A stretch of 64,000 bases of DNA, from assembly GCA_043228905.1 (NCBI GenBank), contig JBHGNT010000002.1, positions 27,838,001 through 27,902,000 of the forward strand, in the 5' to 3' direction. This document shows positions 23,821 to 37,257 of the stretch, one piece after another (position 1 is the stretch's first letter; every line of letters starts with the position of its first letter). Position numbers and translations under genes: made by a program. The notes beneath the pieces were generated by a model. The model did no database searches and was not told the DNA's origin. It worked only from the letters and a program-made list of their open reading frames with translations. This stretch comes from Azolla caroliniana. Lineage: Eukaryota; Plantae; Polypodiophyta.

Positions 23821-26800
23821 CTCAGGAAAAGAGATAGAGAGATGCTAAAATCCGACCCTTATCGTGCCAATCAACTTCTTACAATTGGTAGATATCATGT
23901 TAACATTCGACTATTATCATGCCAATCAACTTCTAATTGTTGGAACATCAATATCACATGTGTTTTGGTCACCGACATGGCATGTTATCCCCCCCCCCCC
24001 AAACAAACTCATGGCTATGATTCATATTGAAGAACCACACGTTAAGCTTTAATCACTCCCAAACTTGGCATGCTTCTCTATGGTTGCCAAACTCTTTGCC
24101 CCATCCCATGTAACACGAACAATGTTGCATGCAATACGACGTATTTATTGTTTCCCACTTATAAATATACCTCATCTCTCATCATGTGTTCCATGATCTC
24201 CATATAAAGCGGAACTTTATTTCATTGATTGTATGCTTCATTCATCTAACTTCCTCCTTTAATCACAAACACCCATCTATTGTTTGGTGGCATCATGGGG
24301 ACTAATGGTGCACATCATATAATGCCTTAATTGTACACGTGGATGCCCCTAAGAACTTTGATTTCTCAATTTGACCATGAATCCTTTGAAGTTTGAACAC
24401 TCTTTCGTTGTGGATCCAATACTCACTTATTAATGCGACACAGTGTTGATGTTGATGGTCCTTGCAGTGTAGATGCAATTGTGGACATTGACTACTAGTG
24501 TTAAAGATAGGTTGATCACTATATGGCATCAAAAATTCATGAATTAACTCTTATTTGGACATTGCTTGTTATTGTAGGTTAGTAAATTGTTCCCTTATTT
24601 AATATTTACTAGACCTCTATTGCTTTACATTGTCTAGTATAAATACCAATGTCATGATTAAGACACAATTTCCTCGATATTTTCTCTATATTGAGGCTTG
24701 CATTTAATATATCACCAAGTATTTGGTCAAACGTGCACATTTTTGCTCAACATTTGCCCATTATGTTATCGATCCATTGTTTATATCAACGAAAATATGC
24801 CTTTTATCATTGCCATAACTCCTCGGAGTGGATGGATTATTTTTTCGCATGGTTTGCATACAAGACAATCATATATCGGACAAACAATGTAAATGAACAT
24901 GTCATGAGTTGTTGTCTTTTGTCTATTCCTTTTATAGATGAATTGCTATCAATTCTTTTGTCGTACTTAATGGCTTCATACATTGCCACCTTTAGACTAT
25001 AGTTCTCATAAACATTATATTTGTATCACATAGAATGTTTTATACTTACGTTTGTAGACATATAATTTAGGCGATTGATTTAGGGAATCACTTTAAAGCG
25101 AGGCATTGATTAAGGGCATTTGAACATGATTTCGCAAGGTGGTTTGGCTTTGAATTTTCTTAAATGTATAGAAGGATTAAATCACGAGATATGTATTTCC
25201 GAAAAATATAGTTGATACGAAGAAACAAGGGATTGCATAAACAAAGGTAATTATGTTATGCAAAGTTGGATTGAATGGGGGTAATGCCCTCTTTTGGGTT
25301 GGGTGGGGGAGGGGAGGACTACATGTCTCGAGTCTAATTTATTTGTACATTGTGAACGTGGAAATGTTCTCCATGCATGCCCACGTGGACACACTTGCAA
25401 TTACATTGTTACTTCACCATAGTTTAGAAAATATTGAAATGTTTGTATTAGGCCAAGCTTTGCTACGTTCGATTCCTTGGTCTAGTTGTAATGCAAATAC
25501 CAATGGTTTCATATGTTACCCCAATGTATTTATATATGATTCAGCATATGTATATACGCGTGCATGTGTGGCTGTGTGCATGTGCACATATCACACTCAA
25601 TACAATACATGAAATGCACCATGTTACTTTGTGACGTTATTCATTCACCATCATAGTGGAAATGGCTTTACAATCCGAATAATTAAATGCACGTATTCCA
25701 AAATAGTGTGACGATATGTGCACAATTGTGAAGCTCAAACTTGTGATTTCAGGCAATATTAAATAATGCACACTCTTTTTAAAGATAACATATCACTTAG
25801 TTACCAAAGGTTTCTTTTATCTGTTTTATATTTTCACTTGCTATTGCTTATAACATTCCCTACGGGAGGAAATGTTATCGTTGATTTCAAACCGTGGGTT
25901 GTGACAAGTGCATTTTGTGCAAAGGCATATTTCAAGGAGAAACTATAGATTGGATAGAGCATGAATTTGTAGAGAAATGTTTTAAGGAAAACTATGGTTT
26001 GAGTACACCTGAATTCGTAAATACGTGTTTTAAGGAGAATAATCAATGTTGACAAGTATCTACCATGGTGATACGACTAAAGACTCTATGAATGTATACA
26101 AGCCAATAATGTGCATTAAATTTTTCAGCCCATTACCTCACAGCTACGAAACACGTGGTTCATCACTTAACCTCAAGCTATTATTATCACAACTTATTCT
26201 TTTCACCATGGATCCATAATGATTCTTTATCAACCTTTCACTCTTAAAATCCTTGTTGACACTTATACGTATCTAAACCAATAATGGAGTTTGATATTTT
26301 AAAACCATTAACTTAATGCTACAATATTTGTGGTTCACTGCTTAACATCGAGTCACTATGTAACACAACATACAACACACGTACGCTTTTACAGCAATGC
26401 ATCTTCTTATGGGCAGGAAACAAATGATTGTGTATGTTACGAGGGTGTCACATATGGTGACTAACACTCGATTGGATAATAGGCCATGAGTAGGATATCT
26501 CCAATTAGTTCTAGAAGATAACAACCAAGGGGGGATCATACATGTCTATTCAAGTAAAGACACACTAATTGTCCACCACACAAAGAGCACCATACTTCAT
26601 GTTTGTGATGGATACGAAGGTTGCAATACGTGATTAAAAACAAAACTTACCAAATCAATAACATTATATTTCTTGATCAAGCAAATAAGAGAGAACCAAA
26701 AAAGAATCGATGCTCCTCTTCTCTAGCTATTCAAGGGAGAAAGACATGCAACTTTGATGGCCTTCTGTGAATATTAAAATGGCTTGTGAATGTGTCTTAC

Positions 26801-28935
26801 ACTATTTGTGATTGATGGGAATTTTAAGGGCTAGATTTACTAATTCCCAAACTTGCCCTTCAATTTATATTTATGTTCAATTATTCTATAATTAAACTTG
26901 TGTTTAATTCTATGGGCAATGTACCCCCTTCAAACAACATGAATAACCAAAATGCATAAGAAGTCAATTGCCCAAAAACAAAGACATGTTTGCCCAAAAT
27001 ACATTGTTGAAGGTCACGCCCTTGGGGCAGAAATGCATACAAGTGCCATGTCTTCAACTTGTATTTGACAAATGTAATATATCATCTTCAAAAACATTCA
27101 TTGCAACCCTTATGCATTTGTTAGAACTTGGAACATGCATTACAAGGTTCCTGTTAAAGGCAACGGAAAACAAAACTCCAATGAATAGTTTCAAGCTTAG
27201 GAGAATTACCTTGATTTCCATATTTCCATGCGAATTTGAGATGCATCGTCACCTCTTTCAAATGCAATTGAGTTGGTGTTAAGCAGGAAGTGAAGGATCT
27301 TACCTTCATGGTCACAAGTTCAACATCCCAATTTACTCATTGTTCAATTCCCAATACTTTCTATCTCGAGTCCATTGCTCGAAGTAACAATCAACCATGT
27401 AGTTTGTTTTCAAACCACAAAATCAAGGGGTAAAGTACTCATGCATATACATAGAGACACACAAGGATAACTTGTGAAGGCAATGCCTTCACAATGTACA
27501 TTGGCATGCCATGCTTTCATTTAAAAAGAATGTATACATTTGCTTTTTAGAACACAAGAGTAATGGGTGTAGGACAAGTGTTTTCCATCAAGATACTTAT
27601 TCGATTTCCAAACAATTGACTATGGTGATACAAATTTAGATATTGACGTTAAATGGAAAATCATATAGATGAATGCCATGCAATGTTCTTCTTTTGGCCA
27701 ATATAAATGAACTAACAAAATGCATCAGGTTACACAATCATGTTATTCAATGTCATGATAAACATTGCTATACAATCTAAGTAGTGCATGGATTCAGCAA
27801 GACACATATTCACAATTATTTGTGACTATGATTTTGTTCAACGTTACATAACAAGGCTTAACATTGTAAAGGACACATAGTTGATGTAGTTTCTTTTACT
27901 GTATTTAATCTCTTTCACTCAAAAGAATTACTATTTATACTTTTTAGAATGCATGAATACTTGCATATGGTTACTTTATATTGTCATAAGAATATAGAGC
28001 TTAAAAGTTGAAGGGATTTAGTAAAGAAGGCCATGCCATGTTCTTTTTGCCACTATAAGCATTTTCTTTTCAATATGCTCTGATATGTCAAATGCGCCAT
28101 CTAGAATGTTGACAGTGATCATACATGCATATAGCTTAAACATGTTTACTATGTGTTTGCATTTTCTAATTATATTTATTCGGTGAGACCAAAGTTGTTA
28201 CAAGTCATAACTTTCAATTCAAATTTGTATGAAAATGACACGAGATTTTAATCAACAAAAATGCCACATTCTTTGTGTACAAGATAATGATAGATACAAT
28301 GGCAATCAAAGAAGTTGTCAAAGCTAACATGATCTACGTACCATGTTTTGGATGTTTGCAACCTCCCTCACATCGTGAATGATATTTATAGTATGATAGT
28401 CATCATAATGGACCCCTTGTAGATGTCACACCAACAAAAGCATGTGTTCAAAGCAAACAAGAATTGTGTGACATCTCTATCATAATGTTCATTGTTAACA
28501 TCATCTTTATGATGTATTAATATACATAATTCAAAAAACATGTGAAATCCTGAAATGAACAAAAAGTCAAACGTGTAGATTTTATGGTTCATTTTCGTAA
28601 TGCGCTGACATGGTGACCTGTATCAAAATATAAGCCTATCACATGCATTTAATCAAACGTTTATTTAGTTATATTGATTCATATACGTCTACATCTAATC
28701 GTAGATTACAATATAAGCCTTGAAATGCTTTGATATAAAGGATTTCAGAAATAATGTGAATTCTTAAGTACCTAAAGTGGTTAAGGTTCATCATCCACTT
28801 GTCGATTCATAACTATTGAATAAAGGACAATTTGCATATACATGATATTTAGTAAAACGATTTTATTATGTTTACTTTCTATTTCTTTCTTCCTTTGTTT
28901 GAAAATGTTGTGAGGGATCGTGGGCGTGGACAAGG

Positions 28936-29246
28936 TCGTTAAGTATGTGCTTACCGTTGAAAAGAACCCCTTTTATTGTCTTCCTAGAATTGCATGTGAA
29001 GCCAAAAAGGGATTCATAGAAGCAAAAAATTGAGTTGTGGATGGTTGCAAAGTATGAATAAATGGTTTGGAGGAGGGGATGCATTATGCTCGTTAAGTAT
29101 GTGCTTACCGTTGAAAAGAACCCCTTTTATTGTTTTCCTAGATTTGCATGTGAAGCCAAAAAAGGATTCATAGAAGCAAAAAATTGAGTTGTGGATGGTT
29201 GCAAAGTATGAATAAATGGTTTGGAGGAGGGGATACGTTATGCTCG
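28936..29246. repeat. 154 bp tandem duplication, 2 copies
   Basis: TCGTTAAGTATGTGCTTACCGTTGAAAAG starts at 28936 and 29090; copies are near-identical. Confidence 0.95.
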
Positions 29247-31659
29247 CTTCATGGTACGTCAATAGATTCTTTCATGGATGAGGCATTTTTGCAACATTAA
29301 TGTATCACAACTTAGGAAAGATGTGGAGGCTCATGTATCATATGTTGATGCCACCAAGCTACAAACCATCTTCTTCAACCAAGAACCTACACTTATTGAT
29401 ATGGACACTAGAAACCAACCCTTTGCCTGCCATGGCCCCCATTATATACAACTTAGCACACATTCTCTTTAATGTGAGATTAGGCATTCTGACATAGGCA
29501 ACAAGATTGTTGAACAAATTTGCGAGTTGGAGCATCACAAATTAATATTAATGTTCCGCCTTCAACCACATTTTTACTTTTTTCCCACACAACATCAATA
29601 TGGTTCAATCCATGTACACAACATGAAATTTGAAAATTGAGAACCACTAATAATCTCACATGATAAAAGTTTTACCTTTGGTCCCATGGATGATATTTGG
29701 CTTTGTCTATCTCTCTATGAGATAGAATGCATCACACTTGCTTTGTGAAGCCTCGATGGGTTCCTTGATGAATGAGGCATTTTGGCTATGCCCATGCATC
29801 ACAATTCGGGAAAACATCACAAGGTCATACCTTGCTTATAACCTATGTCTTTGCATTAACCGATGCATGAGGATCCAAACCTCACTAGCTATACTAATTT
29901 AATCAATGCCATTGCAAAATGTGGTTGAATTGAAGTTCATGGAGGTACCCTGCCTAGCAATCCAAGCTTGATATACCAACAACAAAATCTGAATGACAAA
30001 GAGAATTAAATTAATTGTCAATTCTAATTGGGTGCACAAATGGTTTAGTGGATGGAATGTCGCAACTCTATTTGAGCTGAGCACTAATGATGACTCATGA
30101 AGAACATCAAATTATGCCTTGTAGATGAGCTCACATCCAAATTGAATAATGATGCCTACAATAACAAACTTCAACTACATTCATATAAACCCAACACGTT
30201 GGGACACCTACAAAGAATTGTTTAGGCATGCACAACTATATATTTTCAACCATTGTGCCTTTTTAATAACTATGTGAAGCACTCACCACCATTTGACAAT
30301 GCTTCCCTCGATTAATTACCATATGCACTGCAACCTCACACGAATTCTCCAAGTCGAACACATTAACCCCCTCCCCAGCTCTTAGGTGGTCCCTTAGGTC
30401 ATGTTTCTTGCCTCTCGAGGATGTTAATTATGCTTTCATCATCATCTCTCCATATATATATCCTATAGCCTACAATGCAATATTTGGGTTAGTTAAGAGC
30501 AAATTTATGTAAACTACAAGCTACTCTATATTCATAATGGAAACCATTACACTTCACATTGCCTTTACTAGAAGTTACTATTTTAGAAATCATGTTAAAT
30601 TTTGGAAAAGTTAGATATTTCACAAGACTCATGCAAAGAAATTCAATGTCACAATATGTTAACAATTCATGCCTATAATTGTAATTTATAATTACTTTTT
30701 TTACGTATGTTAATTCTCTGTCTCTATCTCTAATTCATAAATATTGGTCTTTCTAGCTAACATGTGATTCATCACTTTGTCATAATAGACAAGTTATCAC
30801 ATCGTGCTTTGCACATATTGTCCTAGTTTTTGTTGACTTTGTTTGCTGTGATCTAGCAATCGACAACGGTTCGGTTCGAGAGTGTCAAACTCAAACCGTT
30901 AAATTTTTTTAAAACTTAAAGCGAACCGAACCACAAAACCAGTTAACTTGAAACAATTTAAACCAAAATCGTTAAAACAAAACCGCTATAAAAAATACAA
31001 ATTGTTAAATAGTTAAAACCGTGGTTTCGGGGTTTGGTTTCAATTTCCAAGTTAGGTCGAAATTCAAATTTTCAATTATAAAATGCTATATTTTTTAATA
31101 TTTCAAAGTATTAAAGAATTTTCTGAAAATGTTAGGATTAGGCTTAAAAATGAAAAGGTCGTCTAAAAATAATCTAAGAAAATAATCAAGTGGCAACCCT
31201 AAACCGTCAAACAGTTTAAACCACGGTTTCAAACCATTTAAATTGAATTGATCCGAATTGTTGTCGTGAAGATTTTTGGCGACGGTGTGAAAATCACATA
31301 AAACGTACGAAATCAAGTGTGATTCATATCAAACAATAATAGTGAAGATACTAATTTTAAGTAAGTTTAATATCTTAGTACAAAAAGATGGAAGCTTTTG
31401 GATGCACTTTACAACATAAGAAACAGACATCTAAGTGTAAACTTATGTGGGTAGGAAGTTTGCAAAGACAAAGAGAAAAATAAAATTGTCAGATATCCCA
31501 CATAGACAGGAAATAAGGATCTCACAATATATAAGGTAGAGCAAAAGCTATTATCTTTGTGTCTATGTGTGGAGCATAGAGAGTTCAAGGTGACTTGAAT
31601 TAAGCTATTGGATGAATGGGTGTGGCATGGCTACTTGCAAAGGTTTTGGCCAACCAAAA

Positions 31660-31945
31660 CCGGACCGACGATGGAGCTGACGGTAACCGGCATCCGACGT
31701 TCGACGACGGAACCGGGATTCGGCAACCGAATGGTAACTGATAATCGACGATCGGATGGTAACCGACATCCGGTGACAGAACCGTAATCGGCATCTAACA
31801 ACTGACGATCGGCGACATAATCGGGATTCGACGATCGAACGATAACCGACATCCGACAACTTGCGACTGAACGGTAACCGACATCTGGCGACGAAACTGG
31901 GATCCGACGACCGAATAGTAACCGGCATCCGACATCCGACGACTA
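31660..31945. repeat. CpG-rich degenerate repeat cluster (core GTAACCG(A/G)CATCCG)
   Basis: About 6 recognisable copies of the core inside the putative solo LTR. Confidence 0.75.
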
Positions 31946-31989
31946 GATGGATAAATAAATAAATAAATATTTATACATATACAGAAGGA

Positions 31990-32057
31990 GGGAAAGTAAG
32001 GATTTGAACCTTGCACTTCCAAGTTGAGAGTCAATAGGCTTACCACTAAGCCAACAC
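31990..32057 (-). other. tRNA-derived Pol III promoter-like module (A and B boxes); not a functional tRNA
   Basis: Minus strand: TGGCTTAGTGG (A box; D-arm GGCTT/AAGCC) and GGTTCAAATCC (B box; T-arm AAGG/CCTT). No acceptor stem and a weak anticodon stem. Confidence 0.6.
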
Positions 32058-33699
32058 ATTTTATTGAAATTATATTTTTATCATTGTAACTTTACATGTA
32101 AATTCTCATACATGAGAGCTAAAATGAGTGACATGGTTATCATGCACCACATGTAATACATGAGCGCCAAATGGCAAACATGCATTTTATGTATGTCTTG
32201 TACCCTCAAATGCCTGAGGCCATCTATAAAAGAGGGGAGGAAAAAGATGAAAGGACTAATGTAAAATTTTTGGAAGCAAGCTTTGTACTTTATATCAAAA
32301 TTAATATTAAGAATATAATTCATTATCCAATTGATGTATTAATCTTCTTCTTTAAATCTAAAGTCAAGAGTTCAATCTTAATCTCTCTCTCAATCTAAAA
32401 TCAAGCGTTCTATCTTATCTCAATCTCTCTCTCTTTCAATCTATCTTAAATACTTTCTCGCTAAAGCTTGTGCGAACTTCGAATCCTTCCAGTCCAGAAC
32501 CCCGACGGTTCCGCCTCACGATCCGCACGTAGTGACGGATCTTCACGACACTGTTAACCCCCAAAACTGAACCATTTAAAAATTCTTGATCTTGAACTTG
32601 AACCGACCATTAAACCATTAAGTCGTGGTTTTGGGGTTCAGTGTGGTTAAATCTGAACCGTTGGCGATTGCTACTATGATCACTAGATTGAATGATGTCT
32701 ACATTCAAGGTAGATCTTAATTCTCCAAGATTCATCTCTCCGAACTCCCATTTTTAGTTGTTTTTCACATCATCAATGTCCTTGTTAGAAATCATTGCCA
32801 TCACCGAACGTCCACATAAAAGAGCATCCGAAACAAGCATCACCTTAAATTTCTAAGGTAATTGTAGACATTGAAGTAGCCAAAGAGAATTAATGAGAAT
32901 TAACACTTATAATGTGTATGACCATCAATGACTTTTGTGTTGATTTATATATGTTAATTGCACTAGCACATATTCCCTTTTCTCTATTACCAATTCTTTC
33001 ATTAACTGATTTTCTTGTTTGCAATTCACATTACTTATCATGTGCCATTACTAAGAGGCATACCATTGTTTTCATCGTTTCAATTGCAAATAATATATCA
33101 AATGTCAATACTAACCCATAAATTTTAGGTGTAAAAATTATTACTATGCATGATCACAATCTAAAATTATGAAGAGTTTTTATTACGAAAGCATCATGAA
33201 ACACACTGTTGAGCCTTGAACTCACAACTTTTAAATCCACAATCATGTTTTGGTTTTAGACTCAAGTTTCATAGGGGCCAACCCAATTCACTTCCTTAAT
33301 GGTTTCACTTCCTCAAAAGGGCCCCATGGGATCTTTGAACAATACATATAGTGTTTGCACTATAATGCATCAACATATCTTTTCATTTATTTGTGCCATT
33401 GAAGAGAATTGTTTTCATTTAAAAACATGACACCTACGAATTACACATGTACATGTAATGTTGAGTCAAATAAATATCGCATCGTCCATCATTGAATCAG
33501 TATCCTTGTAAAACTTCATAACTTTGGTAATGGTTTGGCCACATTTCATAATATTTGATTCAATCAACTTTTGGCCACTTGACATTTGATTCAATCTCTT
33601 GTACCTATAGATTTTATTAATTCAACGTTTCTATTCTATTGGGTTCTGGAATCTATGGGCATTCTTCATTGTACCAAGTCTAAGCAAGAAAATTATGGT

Positions 33700-35360
33700 A
33701 TAGTGGCTTCAACATCTAATTTTGTTCTCAAATATGACATACTGCTAGGAAATGAGCCATGGAAGATGCTTCTTCAATTGAGAATGAAAGAGGTCTTCCC
33801 GAAAACTGGAGGTGAATGGACAAGGTCTCTCCGATGGTGGTTTATTCCTAACTTTCATTTGCATAAGATACTGTTTCAAAATGATAGATTCTTCACTGCG
33901 ATAAAGCGAGCCTGGTGGTCCATAAAGGATAACTTGCAACAAGTTCGACCCAAGTTGGTGGATGAGTGGTTACATCAGCCATTGGTTTGGAATCCTTTAT
34001 TTTTAGATGTTGAAGGGTCTATGTTGGGGATGAGAGTTAGATTAAATTGGCCTTAAGTGGACCCATCTTTTGCCTCATCACTTAGTAATTGGCAACAATT
34101 TGTTCACAACCCTACTCATATTATTCAACAAGAATGTAGAGGAATAAGAGGAGGAAAGGTGATAGTTGATGAGTTAAGGAAGTTGCAGTTACCCTTACAG
34201 GATAATATACTTTCTAATTGTCATAAGTGGATGGGATTATTTTCAAATTTTCAGGTTTTATTAGGAGTTCGTGGTCTTAGAGATGATGGTACTTTCTTAA
34301 GTTATGATGTTCTACAGGATGGGCGATTAGGGATGATTACCCGAGAAGATGAATGTTTGGCTAATGTTATATTAAAACCTATTAGAATTCTAGCTAACAT
34401 AGATAAGGGTTGGGTTCTTAACCCTAATCCTAATGATGTGCATCCATGGTGGGATCTATGGGTAGTGGGGAAAAAACCATTATGTGAATTGGATTGGGAC
34501 CCAGGAGAATGGAAGTGGTTGCCTACATCATATTCTGGGAGGATGTTAGGCCGATTTCGTTTTTTCAGTATTCCGTTCGATTGGGAAGGGAGATGATAAG
34601 ACGTAGGGTACCCCATTGGCCGACAACAACAACAAAATGGTTGACTTATAATGTAGATCCTACTCACATGACAACATTTTGGAAATGGCTATGGGCTATG
34701 CAAATTCCAAAGAAGATTATTTTATTTAGATGGTTGATTGTTAATTATGCGGTTCCTGTTAGGGCTTGGATGTATTGTAAAGAAGTGGATAAGATGTGTG
34801 ATTTTTGTGGTTTAGAAGTGGAGTCTCTTCATCACCTATTTTGGTCATGTATGGCTGCCAAATTGGTTTGGAAAAGATTTTTACGTCTCTTGCATGAGAT
34901 TTATGGCTCTAGAATATATAAATGGGGGACAATTATGTGGGCTAATATTAAGGGTGAGGTACAAGATTATGAAAAAGAAAATGTTAACTTTGCATTATAT
35001 ACAAGAGGTTGATATATTGAGGAAGTGTCACCATATGTGCCTATTAATTCAGTCCAAAATGGCGTGGTTTGGGAGACGATTAGTTCAATAATCATATGGG
35101 TTTTGTGGACTAGTAGATGTCGAAGGATATTTCAACAAATTCAATGGAATGTTGTGGATGTAGTCAAGGAGATTTGGATGACCTTAGTGCATACACTAAA
35201 AGGAGAATATGATGCTATCAAAGGTTATCCGCATGTAGTCTTTCGAAAGCAAGAAGTTTTTAAGAAGAGATGGGAAAGGATGAAGGTATTCTGCATGGTT
35301 AATGGTAATATACGTTGGAGGTATCAACCACCACTCTGGGTATTTCCTCCACTCACATGA
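33700..35360 (+). mobile_element. 5'-truncated L1-type LINE, 3' part of ORF2 (post-RT and zf-RVT), disrupted
   Basis: FWKWLWAMQIPKKIILFRWL...CDFCGLEVESLHHLFWSC (zf-RVT) and IWVLWTSRCRRIF; split into 4 ORFs by stops and a frameshift. Confidence 0.85.
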
Positions 35361-35409
35361 GGCATGCGTCAATGTATAACTATTATTACTTATGTTTTGG
35401 TACATACAT

Positions 35410-36881
35410 AGGTCTATAGCAGTCTAAGAGTAGTTGAAAGGAACTATGCCGAATTTTGTGACCTATATTTTTACCTTGAAGGCATGCATAAACCTAAAAG
35501 CTATTATAAGAGGGCAAGAAATCCATAATGAGATCATTGAAAGTGAGTTTGATTTAGATCTGTGTCCTGTGGTGATTCTAGTTGATGCATATGCTAAATG
35601 TGGCATTTTTGAAGATGCTACTACAGTAATCGGACTATATCAGCCAGAGGCCAGGTTTTCATAAATAGCCTTACTAAAGGGCAAAGATGTGTCACTATAC
35701 AATGGGATACATCAAGCTGAAAATTCATGGAATCTCATACATCCAATCTGAAATACAAAGTGCAATTTGTCTCTAAAACCAGTCAACCAACAACAAGATG
35801 TACATTTTAATTAGGAGACATTGAGAAAGTACGAAGACTATAGGCAGATATTGTATACGTTTACTGACATCTTGATGTAAAAGTTTATTGGAAGAGAATG
35901 TTATGCTTGATAATACTTTTGTTGACATGTATGCCAAATGTGATGATTTGGAAAAAGCTCAGTTGGTGTTTGATGAACTTCCTATTCAAGATTTGGTCTC
36001 ATGGAATTCATTGATCTCAAGATATGCTCAACATGGCCACAATGAAGGTGCATTGAAGTGTTTCAAACAGATAGGCATCACTTTCACTTGCATCATGAAG
36101 GCATGTGGAATAGATAGGGGGAAACAAATCCACCATGAGATTATCCATATGAAATGCTTAAACAAGCATGTCGAGCTCGGCAATGTGTTGGTGGATATGT
36201 ATGCAAAATGCGGTGAGCTAGAAAAAACCGCAAGAAGTGTTTGATGAGCTTTGTGTTCGTGACATTGTGTCTGTGGAATGTTTTGATCTTTGGATATGTT
36301 CCACGAGGGGAAGGAAGCAAAGCTAAAACTTATTTCAAGAGGATGTAGTGGAGTCACTTCTTGCCAAATACAATCACCTCTATTTGCATATCGAAGGCTT
36401 CTTCAAACATAGGGGCTTTATATAGAGGTGAGCAAATTCACAGTGAAATTGTAAGTGAAAGATTGATCAATAAAGGTTAGAAACTAGATATTGCTTTGGT
36501 GGATATGTATGTCAAATGTGGTGAAGTAGGAAAAGTACAAAAAGTGCTTAAGGGGCCGCCGGTTCGGGTTGTGGCTTCTTGGAATGCTCTAATTTTAGGA
36601 TATTCCCAGCATAGATTTGGCAGGAAGCATGGAATCCTTTTGAACAAATGCAAAATGATGGTCTTTCTTTGGATGCAAACACCCTTGTAAGTTTGCTAAA
36701 GGCTCGTGGCAGTGTACTGGTGGCTGATAACGACCTAGAAATTCACAATGAAATCGTGAGTACGAGATTGTTGGAAGACAATATTGAGCTTGGGAATGCT
36801 TTCGTGGACATGTATGCTAAATGTGGCGAGCTTGAAAAAACCCAAAAAAAATTCAATGATCTTTCAATTCGGGTGGGCTAA
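35410..36881 (+). pseudogene. PLS-class pentatricopeptide repeat (PPR) pseudogene
   Basis: Repeated PNFVTY..LKAC, G..IH.EI, N.LVDMYAKCG.LEKA..VFD and VSWN.LI..Y motifs, with many stops and frameshifts. Confidence 0.9.
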
Positions 36882-36957
36882 ACAATGGATGTGAAACCTA
36901 TAAGCCACCAACCAACCAATTGTTTAATGCATTTTGGATTATTCAATCCCTTAAAAA

Positions 36958-37257
36958 AAACTATAGATGTAGAGCGATTCCGATGTCCAAAAGTTTTATT
37001 TCAGCCATCTCTCATCGGCATGGAGGGTGCAAATATCCATGAAACTATATACAACTCTAGCTTGAAGTGTGATGTCGATATCCGGAAAGACCTCTATGGT
37101 AATGTTGTGCTCACTGGAGGATCCACTATGTTTCCTGGCATTTCTGATAGGATGAGCAAGGAGATAACGACACTTGCACCTAGTTGTATGTGTCTGGATT
37201 TGAAGCTCTATCTTTGCATCGCTCTTAACATACTTCAATAGATGTGGATTGCAAAAT
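36958..37257 (+). pseudogene. ACT: Processed actin pseudogene fragment (C-terminal third)
   Basis: [67 protein letters not shown], then a deletion, then VWI*SSI.ASL..Q*MWIAK. No intron at the conserved Q|MW site. A-run at ~37464-37474. Confidence 0.9.

Larger units (their letters stand above)
31262..32550 (+). mobile_element. Probable solo LTR (~1.29 kb)
   Basis: TG...CA ends with a 12-bp terminal inverted repeat TGTCGTGAAGAT / ATCTTCACGACA; 4-bp TSD TTGT / CTGT (3 of 4); TATA-like CTATAAAAGAGGGG at ~32224; removing it restores the MITE repeat pattern. Confidence 0.65.
30854..32673 (+). mobile_element. Non-autonomous hAT-type MITE containing a nested solo LTR
   Basis: TIRs TAGCAATCGACAACGGTTC / GAACCGTTGGCGATTGCTA; 8-bp TSD CTGTGATC / CTATGATC (7 of 8); AACCG-rich subterminal repeats. 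Confidence 0.85.

Noticed and set aside
24000-30800. Possible decayed transposase or retroelement coding sequence (e.g. CKH-like SWIM hint near 26980)
   Set aside because: Too degenerate to assign by eye; needs a translated profile search.
31990-32057. Functional tRNA-Glu gene
   Set aside because: No acceptor stem and poor anticodon stem; kept only as a tRNA-derived module.
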